45,301 nucleotides of DNA from a virus (Duplodnaviria; Caudoviricetes), in IMG/VR virus record IMGVR_UViG_3300012667_001007, positions 1-45,301 of that record. One strand, written 5' to 3'. Within the stretch, counting starts at the first letter, position 1. The number at the start of each line of letters is the position of its first letter. Positions 44,595 to 45,301 of this stretch are shown here, in pieces. The translations under genes and the position numbers were made by a program. The notes under the pieces were generated by a model, which was not told the DNA's origin, made no database searches, and saw only the letters and a list, made by a program, of their open reading frames with translations.

Positions 44595-45224
44595 ATGATT
44601 AAGGTTTCAGTACAAGACGCAGTCAACGACCTAAGACGAGAATTCGTTGATCTCACCAACGGTGAATTCAACAAAGGAGTAGCACGTGCTCTAAACAGAA
44701 CCATTCAACGCTCTAAGACTACCTCATCCAAAGAAATACGCCAAATATACAACATCCTGGCACGTGACGTGAACCAAACACTCTCCCTGAGACGTGCCTC
44801 ACCATCAACACTTACATCAGAGCTTAGAGCAGAAGGAGCACTACTATCCCTTAGAAAGTTCTCACCACGCCAAACAACAGATGGCGTGTCTATCATGATC
44901 AAGAAGGGTAACCGCCAAATAATCAAAGGGGCGTTCATATCACCATCCCCAAAATTAAACGGGGGGGTATTTGCTAGGGGTACATATAGCGGCAAAGATT
45001 TCAACTTCCGACACAAGCGTATTCGTTCAGCAGGGGGATACAAAAAAATAGGGGGGCGTTATCAACCCACCACCAATGACCTATCCATCGATAGCCTCAA
45101 GACCCTCTCCGTTCCCCAAGCAATAGCGCATCGTGCGGTGCTCAACGCTCTCTCTCTACAGATGTCAGAAGATTTTCCGAAGCGTCTAGTGCACGAGCTA
45201 CGATGGGTGCGCCAGAAAGGATAA
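44595..45224 (+). CDS. gpZ-like minor tail / neck protein
   Basis: VARALNRT...KEIRQIYNI...GAFI...GVFAR...SVPQ...RLVHEL. Confidence 0.72.
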   Translation: MIKVSVQDAVNDLRREFVDLTNGEFNKGVARALNRTIQRSKTTSSKEIRQIYNILARDVNQTLSLRRASPSTLTSELRAEGALLSLRKFSPRQTTDGVSIMIKKGNRQIIKGAFISPSPKLNGGVFARGTYSGKDFNFRHKRIRSAGGYKKIGGRYQPTTNDLSIDSLKTLSVPQAIAHRAVLNALSLQMSEDFPKRLVHELRWVRQKG

Positions 45225-45285
45225 ACCAATCATTTCAGCACGTAAGAATTTGCCTTCAAAACCAAGCCACCACAGGGAAGGGCGT

Positions 45286-45292
45286 GGGTCCT
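45286..45292 (+). other. cosQ-like element GGGTCCT
   Basis: Identical to the lambda cosQ heptamer, 9 nt from the window end, in a genome with a GpA-type terminase. Confidence 0.55.
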
Positions 45293-45301
45293 CCCTAGCT
45301 C

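Noticed and set aside
1-45301. Stop-codon reassignment or suppressor tRNA
   Set aside because: Genes are full length under the standard bacterial code with TAA, TAG and TGA all used as stops; no CTA/TCA/TTA anticodon found

Overview
This window looks like a complete or nearly complete ~45.3 kb temperate tailed-phage genome in excised form. It has a lambda-type head/packaging module (GpA terminase, gpW, lambda-family portal, protease-capsid fusion) and a P2/Mu-like contractile tail. Repeated TAnnTTTG promoters and A-rich, mostly SD-less start regions point to a Bacteroidetes host (inference). Order: ParB/cupin/IbrA-like/IbrB-like cluster (0.05-3.1 kb); packaging and head (3.1-10.1 kb); tail with an embedded holin/endolysin pair (10.1-25.1 kb); tRNA(CAT), attP-like region, tyrosine integrase and excisionase (25.0-26.8 kb); RecE/RecT-like pair on the minus strand; replication and accessory arm (28.5-44 kb); AT-rich iteron-flanked putative origin (44.1-44.45 kb); a relocated gpZ-like gene; and a cosQ-like GGGTCCT at the right end. 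Best candidates for something new: (1) the ParB + 3-His cupin + PP-loop IbrA + IbrB cluster beside terminase, possibly a packaging-linked DNA modification system; (2) an array of degenerate tRNA-like RNAs at 31.3-31.6 kb plus an initiator-like tRNA with a remodelled anticodon arm; (3) a baseplate hub fused to an OmpA-type peptidoglycan-binding domain; (4) a tail terminator fused to a collagen fibre. All family calls come from reading motifs by eye; no database searches were run.
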